The notes under the pieces are model-generated. The model saw only the letters and a list, made by a program, of their open reading frames with translations. It did no database searches and was not told the DNA's origin. 64,000 nt of DNA from NCBI GenBank assembly GCA_963705305.1, contig OY970067.1:1-64000 (forward strand), given 5' to 3'. The DNA comes from an uncultured Methylomirabilota bacterium. Lineage in GTDB: Bacteria; Methylomirabilota; Methylomirabilia; Methylomirabilales; 2-02-FULL-66-22. Below, in pieces: positions 38,610-49,599 of the stretch (positions are counted from its first letter, which is position 1; the number at the start of each line of letters is the position of its first letter). The translations under genes were made by a program, and so were the position numbers.

Positions 38610-39554
38610 TCATGCGGTTTCCTCCAGGAGCTTCACGAGCGCATGGAGTGTTTGATTGACCGGCGTGGCGATCCCGAGCTCGGCGCCACGGCGGGCGACG
38701 TATCCGTTCAGCGAATCGATCTCGGTGCGCCTGCCCTGGGCGATGTCCTGGGCGGTCGAGGAGATGGCGCCCGGCATCCCCTTCGCCAGCTTCCATGTCG
38801 CCTCGGCAATCTCGCGGCTCTCCAGGCGGATTCCGGCCGCCTGCGCCACGGCGAACACTTCGTCCATGATCCGCTGCATCACCTCGCGCGCCCACGGACT
38901 CTCCGCCATGCGGCCGTACCGTGTACGGCTCAGTGCCGATATCGCATTATAGGCACAGTTCATGACCAGCTTCGTCCACAAATCGCTCTCGATGGTCTCC
39001 GAGACGCGACACGGAACCCCCGCGCGGGCGAAGAGCGCGGCCAGGCTCTCGAGCTGGCGGCGACGCGCGGCGTCCATCGGGCCGCGCCCCGACAGATCGC
39101 CGATGACGAGGTCGCCGCGACCGCTGTGCTTGATGTGCCCCGGGCCCGCCATCTCCGCAGCCACGTAGACCACCGCCGGCACCGCCGCGATGCCCGTGGC
39201 GGCGTGGATCCGCTCTGCGTTGTCCACGCCGTTCTGAAGGCTGACAACGACGGCATTACCCGCCAGATGGGGGGCCAGGGCCCGTGCCGCCTCCTTCGTA
39301 TCGGTGGTCTTCACGCACAGCAGGATGATTCGCGCTGCTCGGGCGGCGCCGGTATCGGTGGAGGCCGAGACCGGGATGTGCTCCCGGACTTGAATGCCCT
39401 CCAGGAACAGGCCGTCTCGGACGACGGCATCCACGTGCCGTTGGCGTCCGATCAGCATGACAGGGGCGCCGGCACGCGCGAGCATACCGCCGAAGTAGCA
39501 CCCGACGGCGCCTGCGCCCATCACGGCGATGCTTGGCCAGCTCTCATCTTCCAT
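38610..39554 (-). CDS. panE: 2-dehydropantoate 2-reductase
   Basis: GAGAVG, SLQNG, WTKLVMN, SSTAQD, TEIDSLNG. Confidence 0.9.
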   Translation of the reverse strand: MEDESWPSIAVMGAGAVGCYFGGMLARAGAPVMLIGRQRHVDAVVRDGLFLEGIQVREHIPVSASTDTGAARAARIILLCVKTTDTKEAARALAPHLAGNAVVVSLQNGVDNAERIHAATGIAAVPAVVYVAAEMAGPGHIKHSGRGDLVIGDLSGRGPMDAARRRQLESLAALFARAGVPCRVSETIESDLWTKLVMNCAYNAISALSRTRYGRMAESPWAREVMQRIMDEVFAVAQAAGIRLESREIAEATWKLAKGMPGAISSTAQDIAQGRRTEIDSLNGYVARRGAELGIATPVNQTLHALVKLLEETA

Positions 39555-40447
39555 GGCACCTCTCTCTCGTCGCACGCAGCCCGGCGGTCGCGGCTCCCGC
39601 GCCGCCGTCCCAATTCATGAACACGAAGGCCCTTTGGGTGGGCACACCCCAAAGGGCCGGCGGAGGACGTGGCGCGCGAGAGGCTCGTTGGCGTGCACCG
39701 TATATCCTCCGTCACCGGGTGAACCCGGAGCCAGGCACATTCCGGGGGCATGCTAGCGCCGGGCCCGATCGGCTGTCAAGGACAGCCGACCGTTCCTCCG
39801 CCCGGCTCCACGCGGTGGCCGCCGCGAGGCAACGCTGAGTTGGGCCGCAGGCGAGCGATTCTTCAGGGGTACTGTGTCACTCCCAGCAAGGGTCCGCATC
39901 CGCGGGAGATGTTGACGAAATTGGCAACGTCCCGGATTCACAGAGGGCCGCGAGTGGATGCCCTTGACAGGGCAGAGAGACCGGAGGTACCCTTCGAGCC
40001 GTTTCCCCTCCCCGTGAGGATCGACGGAGGAGGCCCCTATGGGGTCGGCCAGGGAGCGCGCTCTTGAGGCGGGTCAGACCCGCAGGTCGACTCGCCTATC
40101 CATGCGCCCCCGTCGGCATCTTCATTTGGTCACCGGCAAGGAGTCCAGGTTCGCCACCGGATTCATCCGCGATCTGCGGGATCCCGTAACGCATCCTCAG
40201 CCTCAACTTCCCCGGCCGAGGAGCTCTCCTGTCGGCTATCCCGGAAACAGGCCAACACCCCCGGGAACAAGGCCGGAAGTCTCCCTCCCCCAAGAGTTTA
40301 GGTTGGGCGGTGCCTGGAGGGATGAGCACGGCTGCCATCGCACCGGCTGGCGGCGACCGGCGTCCCACCGCCCCGGGAGCGATGGGGGGCGTGAGTCCGG
40401 ATTTCCCGGATGCGGCAAGGGGACAACTCTGGAAGAAGGAGGCAACC

Positions 40448-41584
40448 ATGAGGAGTCGGAAAGGCGTGGTCTCGGTGGCTCTGGCATGCGTGATGGTCGC
40501 GACGGCCGGGCTGGCAACGGCCGCGGAGAACATCCGGATCGGCTTTACGCCCCCCGTCACCGGCGCCTCCGCATCGGAGGGCGCTTTTCAGCTCAAAGCG
40601 ATCAAGCTGGCGCTGAAAGAGATCAATGCCGCCGGAGGGGTAAACGGCCGGAAGGTTGACCTCCGGATTGTGGACAACCAGTCCACGAACCCGGGGGCCT
40701 TGGCGGCCCTCCAGAGGGCGGTGGAGCAGGAGCAGGTGCTGGCCCTGATCGGCTCCGTCAAGAGCACGCAGATCCTGGCCACCTCGGACGCAATCAAAGG
40801 GTATGGCATCCCCACCTTCATCGGCGGGACCAACGCCACCCTGACCCGGCAGGGGAACCCGTGGCTGTTCCGGGTCCGACCCGATGACTCGATTACGGCG
40901 CTGGCCATGATCAAGTACATCAAGGAAGACCTTCAGCTGAGCAAGATCGCCGTCCTGAACGACAGCGATGCCTTCGGCACGGGCGGAGGAGACTTGGTCG
41001 AGACCTACGCTAAGCAGTACGGGCTCACCATCGTCCGGCGCGACAGGTACACGACCAAGGACAAGGACTACACCGCCCAGCTGCTCTCGGCGAAGAACGC
41101 GGGGGCGGAGATCCTGATCGCCTACTCGACCAACCCCGAGGACGGGGCGGTGATTCAGCGCCAGTACCGCCAACTGGGCTCCCCCTTCAAGTTCCTCGGT
41201 TCCCCCGCCCACCAGCAGAAGGACGCGATCAACCTCGCCGGAGGCGCGGCCGAGGGCCTCTTGGCCATCGCCGACTTCGTGCCGGGGCAGACCGCGGCGA
41301 ACCGGGCCTACGCGGACGCCTACCGGAAGGAATACGGCGAGGAGTATGACGGCCTCTCGGCCTGGACCTACGACGGGCTGAACATCCTGGTCAACGCCAT
41401 CAAGAAGGCCGGGCAGGATCGCGCCAAAATCCGGGAGGCCATCCTGGCCACGCAGGGGTACCAGGGTGTCCTGGGCACCTTCTCCTTCACCCCCAACGGG
41501 GACGGGCTGCATGAGGTCAGCGTGGTCCAGATCGAGAAGGGCCAGCCGAAGCTCCTGAAGATCGTCAATGTCGGGTCGAAGTGA
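40448..41584 (+). CDS. branched-chain amino acid ABC substrate-binding protein (orphan)
   Basis: Signal peptide; EINAAGGVNGRK, WLFRVRPDD. Confidence 0.92.
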   Translation: MRSRKGVVSVALACVMVATAGLATAAENIRIGFTPPVTGASASEGAFQLKAIKLALKEINAAGGVNGRKVDLRIVDNQSTNPGALAALQRAVEQEQVLALIGSVKSTQILATSDAIKGYGIPTFIGGTNATLTRQGNPWLFRVRPDDSITALAMIKYIKEDLQLSKIAVLNDSDAFGTGGGDLVETYAKQYGLTIVRRDRYTTKDKDYTAQLLSAKNAGAEILIAYSTNPEDGAVIQRQYRQLGSPFKFLGSPAHQQKDAINLAGGAAEGLLAIADFVPGQTAANRAYADAYRKEYGEEYDGLSAWTYDGLNILVNAIKKAGQDRAKIREAILATQGYQGVLGTFSFTPNGDGLHEVSVVQIEKGQPKLLKIVNVGSK

Positions 41585-41618
41585 TCGTCTCCCCCCTTCC
41601 GCGAACGCGACCGATTCG

Positions 41619-41651
41619 GGCCTCGGCAGGTGGCCGCCACCTGCCGAGGCC
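41619..41651. terminator. perfect 15-bp stem-loop after the substrate-binding protein gene
   Basis: GGCCTCGGCAGGTGG-CCG-CCACCTGCCGAGGCC; no U tract. Confidence 0.5.
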
Positions 41652-41958
41652 GCTTGCCAGCCCGACGCTGGAAAGAGCCCGCACCGCACAGTCCGTGGGT
41701 CCAAGAAACGAGGCGCTGATCTCGGCTGACAGCGGGTGTGATTTGCGCCTTGACCGCCTGGTGCGCGCCACGACCTTCCCGACGGTATAGCTGGAACGAC
41801 ATTGCCGCATCCGGCATGCGCCATCGCGCAGGTGCTGCCACTCGCCGGCGTCGAGGCCCTGACAGACGTTTCGTGGCCAGCCGGGTATCCAGGTCGGCTC
41901 GGCCGGAGCCGTCGTGGAGGCGAGGAATGCGTTCGAGCCCCACACCACTGTGCCAAGA

Positions 41959-42444
41959 TCACCGGCTGTCCTTTGCGCCTTCGCGCGGCGGCCAGAGTGC
42001 GGTGACGGCAAGGGCCACCGCGATCCCCAGCGCTACCGCCCCGAAGCGGTACAGGCCGATGCGCCAGGGCGGCTCCCCGCGTGTCACGAGCAGGACAATC
42101 GCCAGCGTAACGCCCGCGAATCGATAGGCCGGTTGGTCGAGGCGCAGCAGGGCGCACACGACCCCCAGTCCAAAGATCGCCGCCCCGAACGTGAACGTAT
42201 GCGGCCGGAAATAGCTTGCCAGCACCCCTCCGGCGGCCGCCCCCAGCCCTGTGCCGATCAGGCGGCGCTTCGAAACAGCCCAGGCGGCCCCCAGCGTGGA
42301 CTGCATCACAATGATCGCGGAGATGGGCGCCCAGTATCCTTCCGGCAGCTTGAACAGCCGCGCGACCGCCAACGCATCCGTGGCCGCAATCGCCGTGCGG
42401 GCCGAATGCGGAAGCCAGGCATCCCTTCCTAACCGGCGGCTCAT
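41959..42444 (-). CDS. FUSC/aromatic acid exporter-like membrane protein
   Basis: YWAPISAIIVMQ, RLIGTGLG. Confidence 0.8.
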   Translation of the reverse strand: MSRRLGRDAWLPHSARTAIAATDALAVARLFKLPEGYWAPISAIIVMQSTLGAAWAVSKRRLIGTGLGAAAGGVLASYFRPHTFTFGAAIFGLGVVCALLRLDQPAYRFAGVTLAIVLLVTRGEPPWRIGLYRFGAVALGIAVALAVTALWPPREGAKDSR

Positions 42445-43415
42445 GGAGGGGGTGGTGGGGTAATCCCGAGGAACCCCACGACCAAGAGGATGGCAGCTCC
42501 TAGGACCGTCTCGCCGAGGACGTTCCAGCCAAGGCGGCGGAGGAGCAATGCAAGCGGTGCGTCGGGGCTGGCCGGCTGCCCGGCCCTCAGGCGGGGCAGG
42601 AGCCGGAGCCGGCTGTGCCCCGCCACCGCCAGCAGGAGAGCCAGGAGCGTCAATTTCAGCAAGAGCAGGTGCCCGTATAGGGTCCCCACAAATGCCAGCC
42701 AGCTCCCAACCAAGACCCAGGTATTGACCAGGCCGGTCAGGATCAGGCCGAGGACGCACCCGAGGCCGAGGGCGGAGAAATGGTCGATCACGCGGCAGGC
42801 TGCCGTCGCCCGGCCCGGAGTGAGCGACCGCCCGGCCGAGCGAAGGAAGAGGCCCAGTGGGAGAAGGCCGCCCAGCCACAGGCCCGTTGCGAGCAAGTGG
42901 ACGACGTCCGCGACGAGATGCGGCAGCCGGGCGCTCCCCTCGGTCCCGGCCGCGTGCCCGGTCCAGGCGAGGGCTCCCATCGCGACTCCGGCGAGCAGGG
43001 CGTCTCCTAAGTGACGGAGGCGCGCAAGGCTGCCGGCCTGCCGCAAACGGGGGGAGGCGAGGCTAAGGCCCAGCAGGAGGAAGATCGCCAGGCGGAGCGA
43101 CCAGAGGCGGCCGAAGGCGGTGCGGGTCAGGACGGTTCCGATGATCGACAGCGTGAGTGCCTGCCCGAGGGGGCGTCCGCTCATCAGGGCGACCTCCGCG
43201 CCGAGCCAGACCAATGCCGAGCCAAGGGCGACTAGGAGGCTCCCCATACCAAGCCGGCGGAGCAGGCCACGGAAGTGTACGGACTCGGGGTCCACAAGAG
43301 CGGGCGGGCCGGAAACCACCCACCCCACCTCCAGCAGGAGGATGCTGAACGTTCCCACGAGCAGGGCGTTGCTCGCCAGGTGGACGAACCGGACAAGCGC
43401 CAGCAGGTCGGTCAT
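42441..43415 (-). CDS. copD: copper resistance membrane protein CopD
   Basis: WTGHAA, HLLATGLWLGGL, YGHLLLLK. Confidence 0.88.
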   Translation of the reverse strand: MTDLLALVRFVHLASNALLVGTFSILLLEVGWVVSGPPALVDPESVHFRGLLRRLGMGSLLVALGSALVWLGAEVALMSGRPLGQALTLSIIGTVLTRTAFGRLWSLRLAIFLLLGLSLASPRLRQAGSLARLRHLGDALLAGVAMGALAWTGHAAGTEGSARLPHLVADVVHLLATGLWLGGLLPLGLFLRSAGRSLTPGRATAACRVIDHFSALGLGCVLGLILTGLVNTWVLVGSWLAFVGTLYGHLLLLKLTLLALLLAVAGHSRLRLLPRLRAGQPASPDAPLALLLRRLGWNVLGETVLGAAILLVVGFLGITPPPPP

Positions 43416-43777
43416 GGCGCAATCCGGAATGCGAAGTTCCCGTGAGTGACATGGGTGTCCACTGACACGACCCGCCAGGTCACTTTGTAGCTTCCCGGAG
43501 GCAGCGGGGGGACCGAGACCCAAAGCTGCTTGGGGGTGGACGGGTCAACCGTGACGTCCCCTTTGTCCACCCGTTGGCCGGCTGCATTGATGACTTGGAC
43601 GCGACTGAAGGCGGGCTCCAGTCGCTCAGTGAACCAGAGCCGCACCTGGGTCGGCGAGGTGTTGACAGTGCTCCCCGCTCGGGGGCTGGCACGCTTCAGA
43701 TAGGCATGGGCTTCCGCTAGAGTCGCCCCGGCCAGAAACAGGCTCAAGGCTATCGCAAGCAAGATGCTGCGCTTCAT
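43412..43777 (-). CDS. copC: copper resistance protein CopC
   Basis: Signal peptide then HAYL; WRVVSVDTHVT. Confidence 0.92.
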   Translation of the reverse strand: MKRSILLAIALSLFLAGATLAEAHAYLKRASPRAGSTVNTSPTQVRLWFTERLEPAFSRVQVINAAGQRVDKGDVTVDPSTPKQLWVSVPPLPPGSYKVTWRVVSVDTHVTHGNFAFRIAP

Positions 43778-44229
43778 TAGTCTCCTCCACGCGGTCGAGA
43801 AGGCCCAGGAATACGCTCGGGTCTTTCGCCGGCTGCTTCCCTCTCGGGGTTTGGGGAATCGAGTGTAGCCCGCCAACCTGTCCCCGGCAAATCGGGGTTT
43901 ACTGGAGGCGGCACCGGACACCAATGAGAGGGTACCTGCCCGATTTACCTAAAGGATGATCCCATCTCCTGGCGAGTGGTCAGGAACAGCGAGCCCCTTC
44001 GCGCGCTTTTGCGCAAGATCGGCATATCACTTCACAATCAACGCTCCCCTTCCGAGGCGTCCGTCATCGGCTCACCTCCGCGGCCGTGGAACCCAAAAAG
44101 GGGAACAAGACTTGATTCTTGATTTGGCACCACTACAATCTTATATTCCGGCCATTGGGAATCCCGATGATTGCATGACCTCTCCCATGGGCGCCTGACC
44201 AGAAATCCCGCGCCTCCGGAGGATCAACC

Positions 44230-44972
44230 ATGCCTACCGCAGCGCACAACACTCTGCCCGAGCGGGTAGCCCCCGCCCCATGGTCTGGCTGGCTGGCCGG
44301 GCGGTTGAACCATCGTCTGGATTCCGTAAAATCCTTGCAGCGCATCCGAGCCGGGAACATCCTGACCTCCAGCTGCACTCTGGGGATCTTGTCCGCCTGC
44401 CTCCTTCTCACGGCCGGCCCCGTCCGGGCCGCAGGCCCGCAATTCCCGGCAGGCGTGCCCAACCTGCTCGATCCGGCGGTGCTGGCCGAGTACCGGCTCA
44501 CCCTTAATTTCCGGCTAACGTCGCAGGCCGGTAGCGCACATGAGTCGCGCCCGCATTCATGGCTGCGGGGCCGGCTGCCCGCCTCGGACCTGGTCGCACC
44601 CGACGGGTGGCGCCCCGTAGAGGCGATGCACAGGTTAGCCGGAGATTTGGGCTCACCCGGCTGGGGGGCCTGCAGGGCAATCCCGACTTCCCCCTGCTGC
44701 TGCTCGTCCACAGGGCCACGACCCCGCCCGGGGCCGTCCTGGTCGCCCTGGACGCCCGCAACGGCACCGACATCTGGTCCTTGGGCACCGACCCCGTTGT
44801 TGTGATCGCCCTCTTCGCCGACCCGATGACGCTCACAGCCCTGTATGTTGACCGCGGCTTCGTCGCACAGGGGCTTCCGTCGGGACGCTTCCAGCGCCTT
44901 GCCAACCCGCGCGCCATGCTGCCCGACCTCCTTCATGTCGTCTCCGCACTCCCCACCCGCGTCTTCCTCTGA
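44230..44972 (+). pseudogene. hypothetical exported/membrane-anchored protein split by a MITE
   Basis: Removing 155 bp (element plus one target copy) restores a single 195-aa frame: ...AEYRLTRLGGLQGNPDFP... Confidence 0.75.
44504..44649. mobile_element. 146-bp MITE with 9-bp target duplication
   Basis: GGCTCACCC at 44495-44503 and 44650-44658; terminal inverted repeats TTAATTTCCGGCTAAC / GTTAGCCGGAGATTTG. Confidence 0.85.
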
Positions 44973-45272
44973 GCGCGGGGTGAATGCTCGATCGGCCCGT
45001 GACCCCCAGTGCTCCGACCACTCTGTGGGTCGCAGGATCCGAAGTCAGGCGCCACTCGGTCGCGGAGACCGGAAGGCCTGCGGAAGCCGAGGGACATCAT
45101 GACAGGCCGTCTGAGGGCAGGCAGGCCAGGGCCGCAATCAACCGAAAGGATGGGCACCATCGCGCGTGGCGAGGCAGTCCGTCCCATTGATTGGCTGAAT
45201 GGTGAGGGGCCGATCCGGGTGGAAGGACGCGGAGCAAGCGGATGAGGGCGACCGGATGAGAGGAGGGGATCC

Positions 45273-45704
45273 ATGCCGACACGGAAAGCCGAGACAGAGT
45301 GGAAGGGCAACCTCGCCGAAGGTGGCGGGCGGCTGCGAGTGGGCAGCGGGGCCTTTGACGGCCCCTACTCGTTCAAGTCCCGATTTGAAGAAGGCCAGGC
45401 GGCCACCAATCCCGAAGAGCTGATCGGCGCGGCGCACGCCGGGTGCTTCACGATGGCGCTCACGGCGCAGCTGTCGCGCGCAAGCGTCAAACCGACGCGC
45501 ATCCACACCGAGGCGCAAGTGACCCTCGAAAAGGTGGGCGACCAGTTCTCCATCACACGAATCGAGTTGAAGACCGAGGCGGACATACCGGGCATGGACA
45601 GCGCGACATTTCAGAAATACGCGCAAGTCGCGAAAGAGACCTGTCCCGTGTCGAAGGCATTGGCCGGAACCCCAATTCACCTGAACGCAGCGCTGGCGAA
45701 GTGA
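45273..45704 (+). CDS. osmC: OsmC peroxiredoxin
   Basis: TNPEELIGAAHAGCF, CPVSKAL. Confidence 0.95.
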   Translation: MPTRKAETEWKGNLAEGGGRLRVGSGAFDGPYSFKSRFEEGQAATNPEELIGAAHAGCFTMALTAQLSRASVKPTRIHTEAQVTLEKVGDQFSITRIELKTEADIPGMDSATFQKYAQVAKETCPVSKALAGTPIHLNAALAK

Positions 45705-45815
45705 CGGAGAAAAAGACAGTGCTGACGCCACCGCCTTCCCATATAGTTTCCTCCAGGAGATCTCTGCCAGAGAAACTGTTGCGGGAGACCGCCCCCGTGG
45801 CAGCGAGGCAACAGG

Positions 45816-47243
45816 ATGGCGCCATCGGACACCCTCCGCGATCGCTCCGGAGGACGGCACACTGACTTTCACCCCGGATTCCTCTGGGTCGCCCTGGCCG
45901 CAGCGATCCTGGCGGGCTTCGGCCTGGCCGCCCACCTGAGCTTCGTCCTCGGCTTCGGGTTGCCGCTGGGCGCGGCGTTTCCGACCCTGGTCCAGACGCA
46001 CGGCCACGTCCAGCTCGTGGGCTGGGCGGGGTTGTTCGTCATGGGGGTGAGCCTCTTTTTCATCCCCCGGTTAGCCAGCGCGCCGTTGCGGCATCCCCGT
46101 TGGGTCGGCCTCATCCTGTGGTTGATGGCGGCGGGTCTCCTGCTGCGGGCGGGCACCCAGCCGATGCTCGCGTACCTCTGGCCGGGTGCCGTCCGGGGCG
46201 TTCTGGCGAGCCTGCTGGCCGCCTCGGGAGTGCTCGAGGGAGCCGGGATCGCGCTCTATCTGCTCCTGCTGATCGGGACGTTGCGCGGCACGGGGGACCT
46301 CCAAGGCCAGCCGGCCTTCGCGGCCGTCCGGCCGTACTTCGGGATGATGGCGGCGGGCTGGACCCTGTACGGTGGCGTCAACCTCGTCCTGGTCCTGGCC
46401 ATGGCCCGGCACGAGGCGGCCGTGGCGAATGTTCCCTGGAATGAATTCGCCATCGACTGTTTCATCGCCCTCGTGCTTTTGCCCGTGGCCATGGCCTTTT
46501 CCGTTCGCCTGCTCCCCATGTTCCTGGCGCTCTCGGCGGCGTTCTGGCCGGTGCGGGCCACCGGCTACGCTTACTTCGCGGCGGCGGGCGTACAGCTGTT
46601 CGCGCGCCTCCTTCCGCTCTCCGGGCTAGCGACACGGCTGGCCGAGTCCCTCGGCGGGCTGGGGGGACTGTGCAAGGGGCTCGTGCTCCTCTGGTTCGTG
46701 TGGAAGCTGGACCTGCTCACCCGTCGCCGCTCGGTGGAGCGGCCCGCGCGCTTTCTTCTGACCGGCCCGGACCGGGCACCCACCCGGCCGGGCCTCCCGG
46801 ATTTCGGGGAGTTCGGCCGCTTCGAGCTGCTGGTCTACCCGGCGTACGTGTGGTTGGTGCTGGCCGCCGCGTACGAGATCCTCGATGGGGCCATGGCGCT
46901 CGCGGGCCAGGCGGGTCCCGTGGACCCGGGCCTCCTCCGGCACATCTATCTCCTCGGCTTCATCACCCTCCTCATCCTGGGCGTCGCCGTCCGGATGCTG
47001 CCGGGGTTCCTGCAGAAGAGGGCCGTGGCCTCTCCCGGCTTGGTGGAAGCCACGATCTGGCTGGGGAATACCGCGGTGATCTTCCGGGTGCTCCCCCTGC
47101 TCCTGCCGTCGGCCCTGCTCCATGCGGTGCCCGGCGGCGCGGCGCTGGCCCGAGCGGCGTTCGGGCTGTCGGGGACGATCGCCCTGGCGGCCGTCGTATG
47201 CCTGGCCGCGAATCTCTGGTGGACGGCCCACTCCTCGTCCTGA
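45816..47243 (+). CDS. NnrS-like membrane protein
   Basis: QTHGHVQLVGW, RHIYLLGFITLLILGVAVRMLP; multiple TM helices. Confidence 0.7.
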   Translation: MAPSDTLRDRSGGRHTDFHPGFLWVALAAAILAGFGLAAHLSFVLGFGLPLGAAFPTLVQTHGHVQLVGWAGLFVMGVSLFFIPRLASAPLRHPRWVGLILWLMAAGLLLRAGTQPMLAYLWPGAVRGVLASLLAASGVLEGAGIALYLLLLIGTLRGTGDLQGQPAFAAVRPYFGMMAAGWTLYGGVNLVLVLAMARHEAAVANVPWNEFAIDCFIALVLLPVAMAFSVRLLPMFLALSAAFWPVRATGYAYFAAAGVQLFARLLPLSGLATRLAESLGGLGGLCKGLVLLWFVWKLDLLTRRRSVERPARFLLTGPDRAPTRPGLPDFGEFGRFELLVYPAYVWLVLAAAYEILDGAMALAGQAGPVDPGLLRHIYLLGFITLLILGVAVRMLPGFLQKRAVASPGLVEATIWLGNTAVIFRVLPLLLPSALLHAVPGGAALARAAFGLSGTIALAAVVCLAANLWWTAHSSS

Positions 47244-47437
47244 CCGGAAGAGAGGCTACGCCCGGATTCGAGGTCCCCGTATGACAGCGGGCTGGCGCTT
47301 GTGCGGGATGTGGATGCCCGACGGGCGCCGATAGCCGCTTTCACCGAGTATCTGCCGACGCCAGCCCGTTCCGGAACCTCTCGGACTTCACGGCGGAATC
47401 GAAGGGAGGTCGAAGGGGCGCGGTCGTTCTCATCGTG

Positions 47438-49252
47438 CTAAGGTGAATCCCTTCTCCTCCACCTCGCGCCCAAGGGAGCCAGCCGGGCCAGCCAGCCGGG
47501 TTTTCGCTCCCGCTCTTCCTCGATCTGGCGGAGCAACGCGGTGAACACGCTGGCGCGGCCCAGATAACCGACGAGGCGGCGGGGATTCTCCCGGCTCACC
47601 ACAGGGAGTCGGCCCACATCGTGTTCTAGCATCTCCACCACGGCGGCATAGACGGTTTCGTCTGGATACGTCACGATGGGCCGGTGGGTCCCTGCCTCCA
47701 GAACCGTCATGCTCCCAGTCGGATCCGTCCGCAAGGCCCTCGCCTCGTCGCCGCGCGTGATGACACCCACGAGGTTTCCGTCCCGGTCCACGATAAGCAG
47801 CGCGTGGTGGTGGACGAGCCACTCATCGCCCTGCTCGATCCGGTCGGCCACCTCCTGCACCCGGGTCTCGGCGGGGACGGTGGGGACCCGGGTGATCATT
47901 ACCTCGGAGACGCGCTGCATTTCCAGCGGGTCGGCGCTGTACTCGCGCATCAGGTGATGCCCGTGGCGCGCGACCTTCTCCGTCAGGATCGAACGGCGCA
48001 GCACGAAGACCGTCACCGTGTAGGCGGCGATGCAGCTCACGAGCAAGGCAGGCAGGACGTTGAGGTCGTGTGTCAACTCCAGCGTGAAGATCATGGCGGT
48101 GAAGGGCGAGCGCATGGTGCCGCCCATGACGCAGGTCATGCTGATCAGCGCCCAGAGGCCTGGGTCCCCTATCGAGATCCAATGGGCTTCTACCGCCCCC
48201 AGGGCGCCGCCCATGATCAGGAGCGGCGCCAGGACGCCCCCCGAGGTGCCGGAGCCCAGGGCGATCGACCAGGCGAGCGATTTACCGATGAGCAGCGCGT
48301 AGAGGGCCGGCCCCACGATCTCCCCGTGCAGGAGGGCGCGAATCGTGTCATACCCCACCCCCAGTACCTGGGGGTTGATCCATCCGGCGATGCCGACGGC
48401 GAGGCCGCCGATGGCGGGCCACCACATCCAATGGACGGGGAGCTTGTAGAAAAGGTCTTCGAAGCCGTACACCAGCCCGGTGAGGATCCAGGACATGAGG
48501 CCGCCGAGGATGCCGACCCCTAGGGATATCACAAGCCCCTCCCCACTCAGCGGGGCGTGATGGGTAACCGGAAAAATCGGCCCCTTGCCGAGCAGGGGCA
48601 CGCGTAGGGCCGCCGCCACGACGGAAGAAAGAGCCACCGGAATCAAGGAGCGCGGCTTCCACTCGAAGAGGAGCAGTTCAACGGCGATCAAGACGGCTGC
48701 TACCGGCGACGCAAAGATGGCTGCCATCCCACCGGCGGCCCCGGCGACCAGGAGCGTCTTCCGCTCGGCAGCACTGAGGCGGAAACATTGCGCGAAAAGC
48801 GATCCGAAAGCGCCCCCCGTCATGATAATCGGGCCTTCTGCGCCAAACGGCCCGCCTGTACCGATGGAGATGGCGGAGGAAAGAGGCTTCAGGACCGCCA
48901 CTCTCGCCTCCATCCGGCTCTCGCCGATGAGGATGGCCTCCAGTGCCTCGGGAATCCCGTGGCCGCGGATCTTCTCCGAACCGTACCGCGCCATCACCCC
49001 AACGATCAGCCCGCCTACCACGGGAACCAGGATCACCAGCACCCCCATGTGTTGATGGTCGGGAGAGATGAAGGATGATGACAGGCGTTGATAGAAGGAC
49101 AGGTTGGTGATGGCGCCGATGAGCCACACCAAGGCGTAGGCGACGAAAGCGCTCATGGCCCCGATGGGCAAGGCCATCGCAGCGAGAACGAGAACCCGAA
49201 CGTCTCGGGTGAAATCTGACAGCCGGTCTTTTATTCTGATCGTTTCGTTCAT
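47438..49252 (-). CDS. ClC chloride channel/antiporter with CBS domains
   Basis: GHGIPE, GAEGP, GGVLAP; two C-terminal CBS domains. Confidence 0.93.
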   Translation of the reverse strand: MNETIRIKDRLSDFTRDVRVLVLAAMALPIGAMSAFVAYALVWLIGAITNLSFYQRLSSSFISPDHQHMGVLVILVPVVGGLIVGVMARYGSEKIRGHGIPEALEAILIGESRMEARVAVLKPLSSAISIGTGGPFGAEGPIIMTGGAFGSLFAQCFRLSAAERKTLLVAGAAGGMAAIFASPVAAVLIAVELLLFEWKPRSLIPVALSSVVAAALRVPLLGKGPIFPVTHHAPLSGEGLVISLGVGILGGLMSWILTGLVYGFEDLFYKLPVHWMWWPAIGGLAVGIAGWINPQVLGVGYDTIRALLHGEIVGPALYALLIGKSLAWSIALGSGTSGGVLAPLLIMGGALGAVEAHWISIGDPGLWALISMTCVMGGTMRSPFTAMIFTLELTHDLNVLPALLVSCIAAYTVTVFVLRRSILTEKVARHGHHLMREYSADPLEMQRVSEVMITRVPTVPAETRVQEVADRIEQGDEWLVHHHALLIVDRDGNLVGVITRGDEARALRTDPTGSMTVLEAGTHRPIVTYPDETVYAAVVEMLEHDVGRLPVVSRENPRRLVGYLGRASVFTALLRQIEEERERKPGWLARLAPLGARWRRRDSP

Positions 49253-49599
49253 GGTTTCTCGTATCCTTGATCCGGATCGCAAAGGAGCAGCGAAATCGGG
49301 CCTTCCGTGTTGGGCAGTTCATCGCCCTGCTCTTCGTCCAACCTGGCCGGGCGAAATCGTTCCGCGAGGTCGGCGGAGGCTTGACCTGCGCCGAACTGAA
49401 CCAGCCGTTCGCGGGGCCGCCCGCCATCGAGGGGCCCGCGCAGCTCGTCCTGGAGGTCGCGTAAGTTGGACAGCAGGATGGAGGAGCCTGAAAAGTCTGT
49501 TTTCCGGGGTGCGGCCAGCGGGATTCGTAGGCCGGGGGGGTCGTGAACGGCGGCGAAGACTGGGCAGGCGGGGAACCGGGGGGCAGACACTGGTGTTCT

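Noticed and set aside
46275..46285. GGGACGTTGC motif inside the NnrS-like gene (similar GACGTCCCC in copC at ~43553)
   Set aside because: Lies in intact coding sequence with no extended match; likely chance.
49260..49500. Possible MarR-regulator relic upstream of the ClC gene
   Set aside because: Only faint fragments across frames; cannot be supported without a search.
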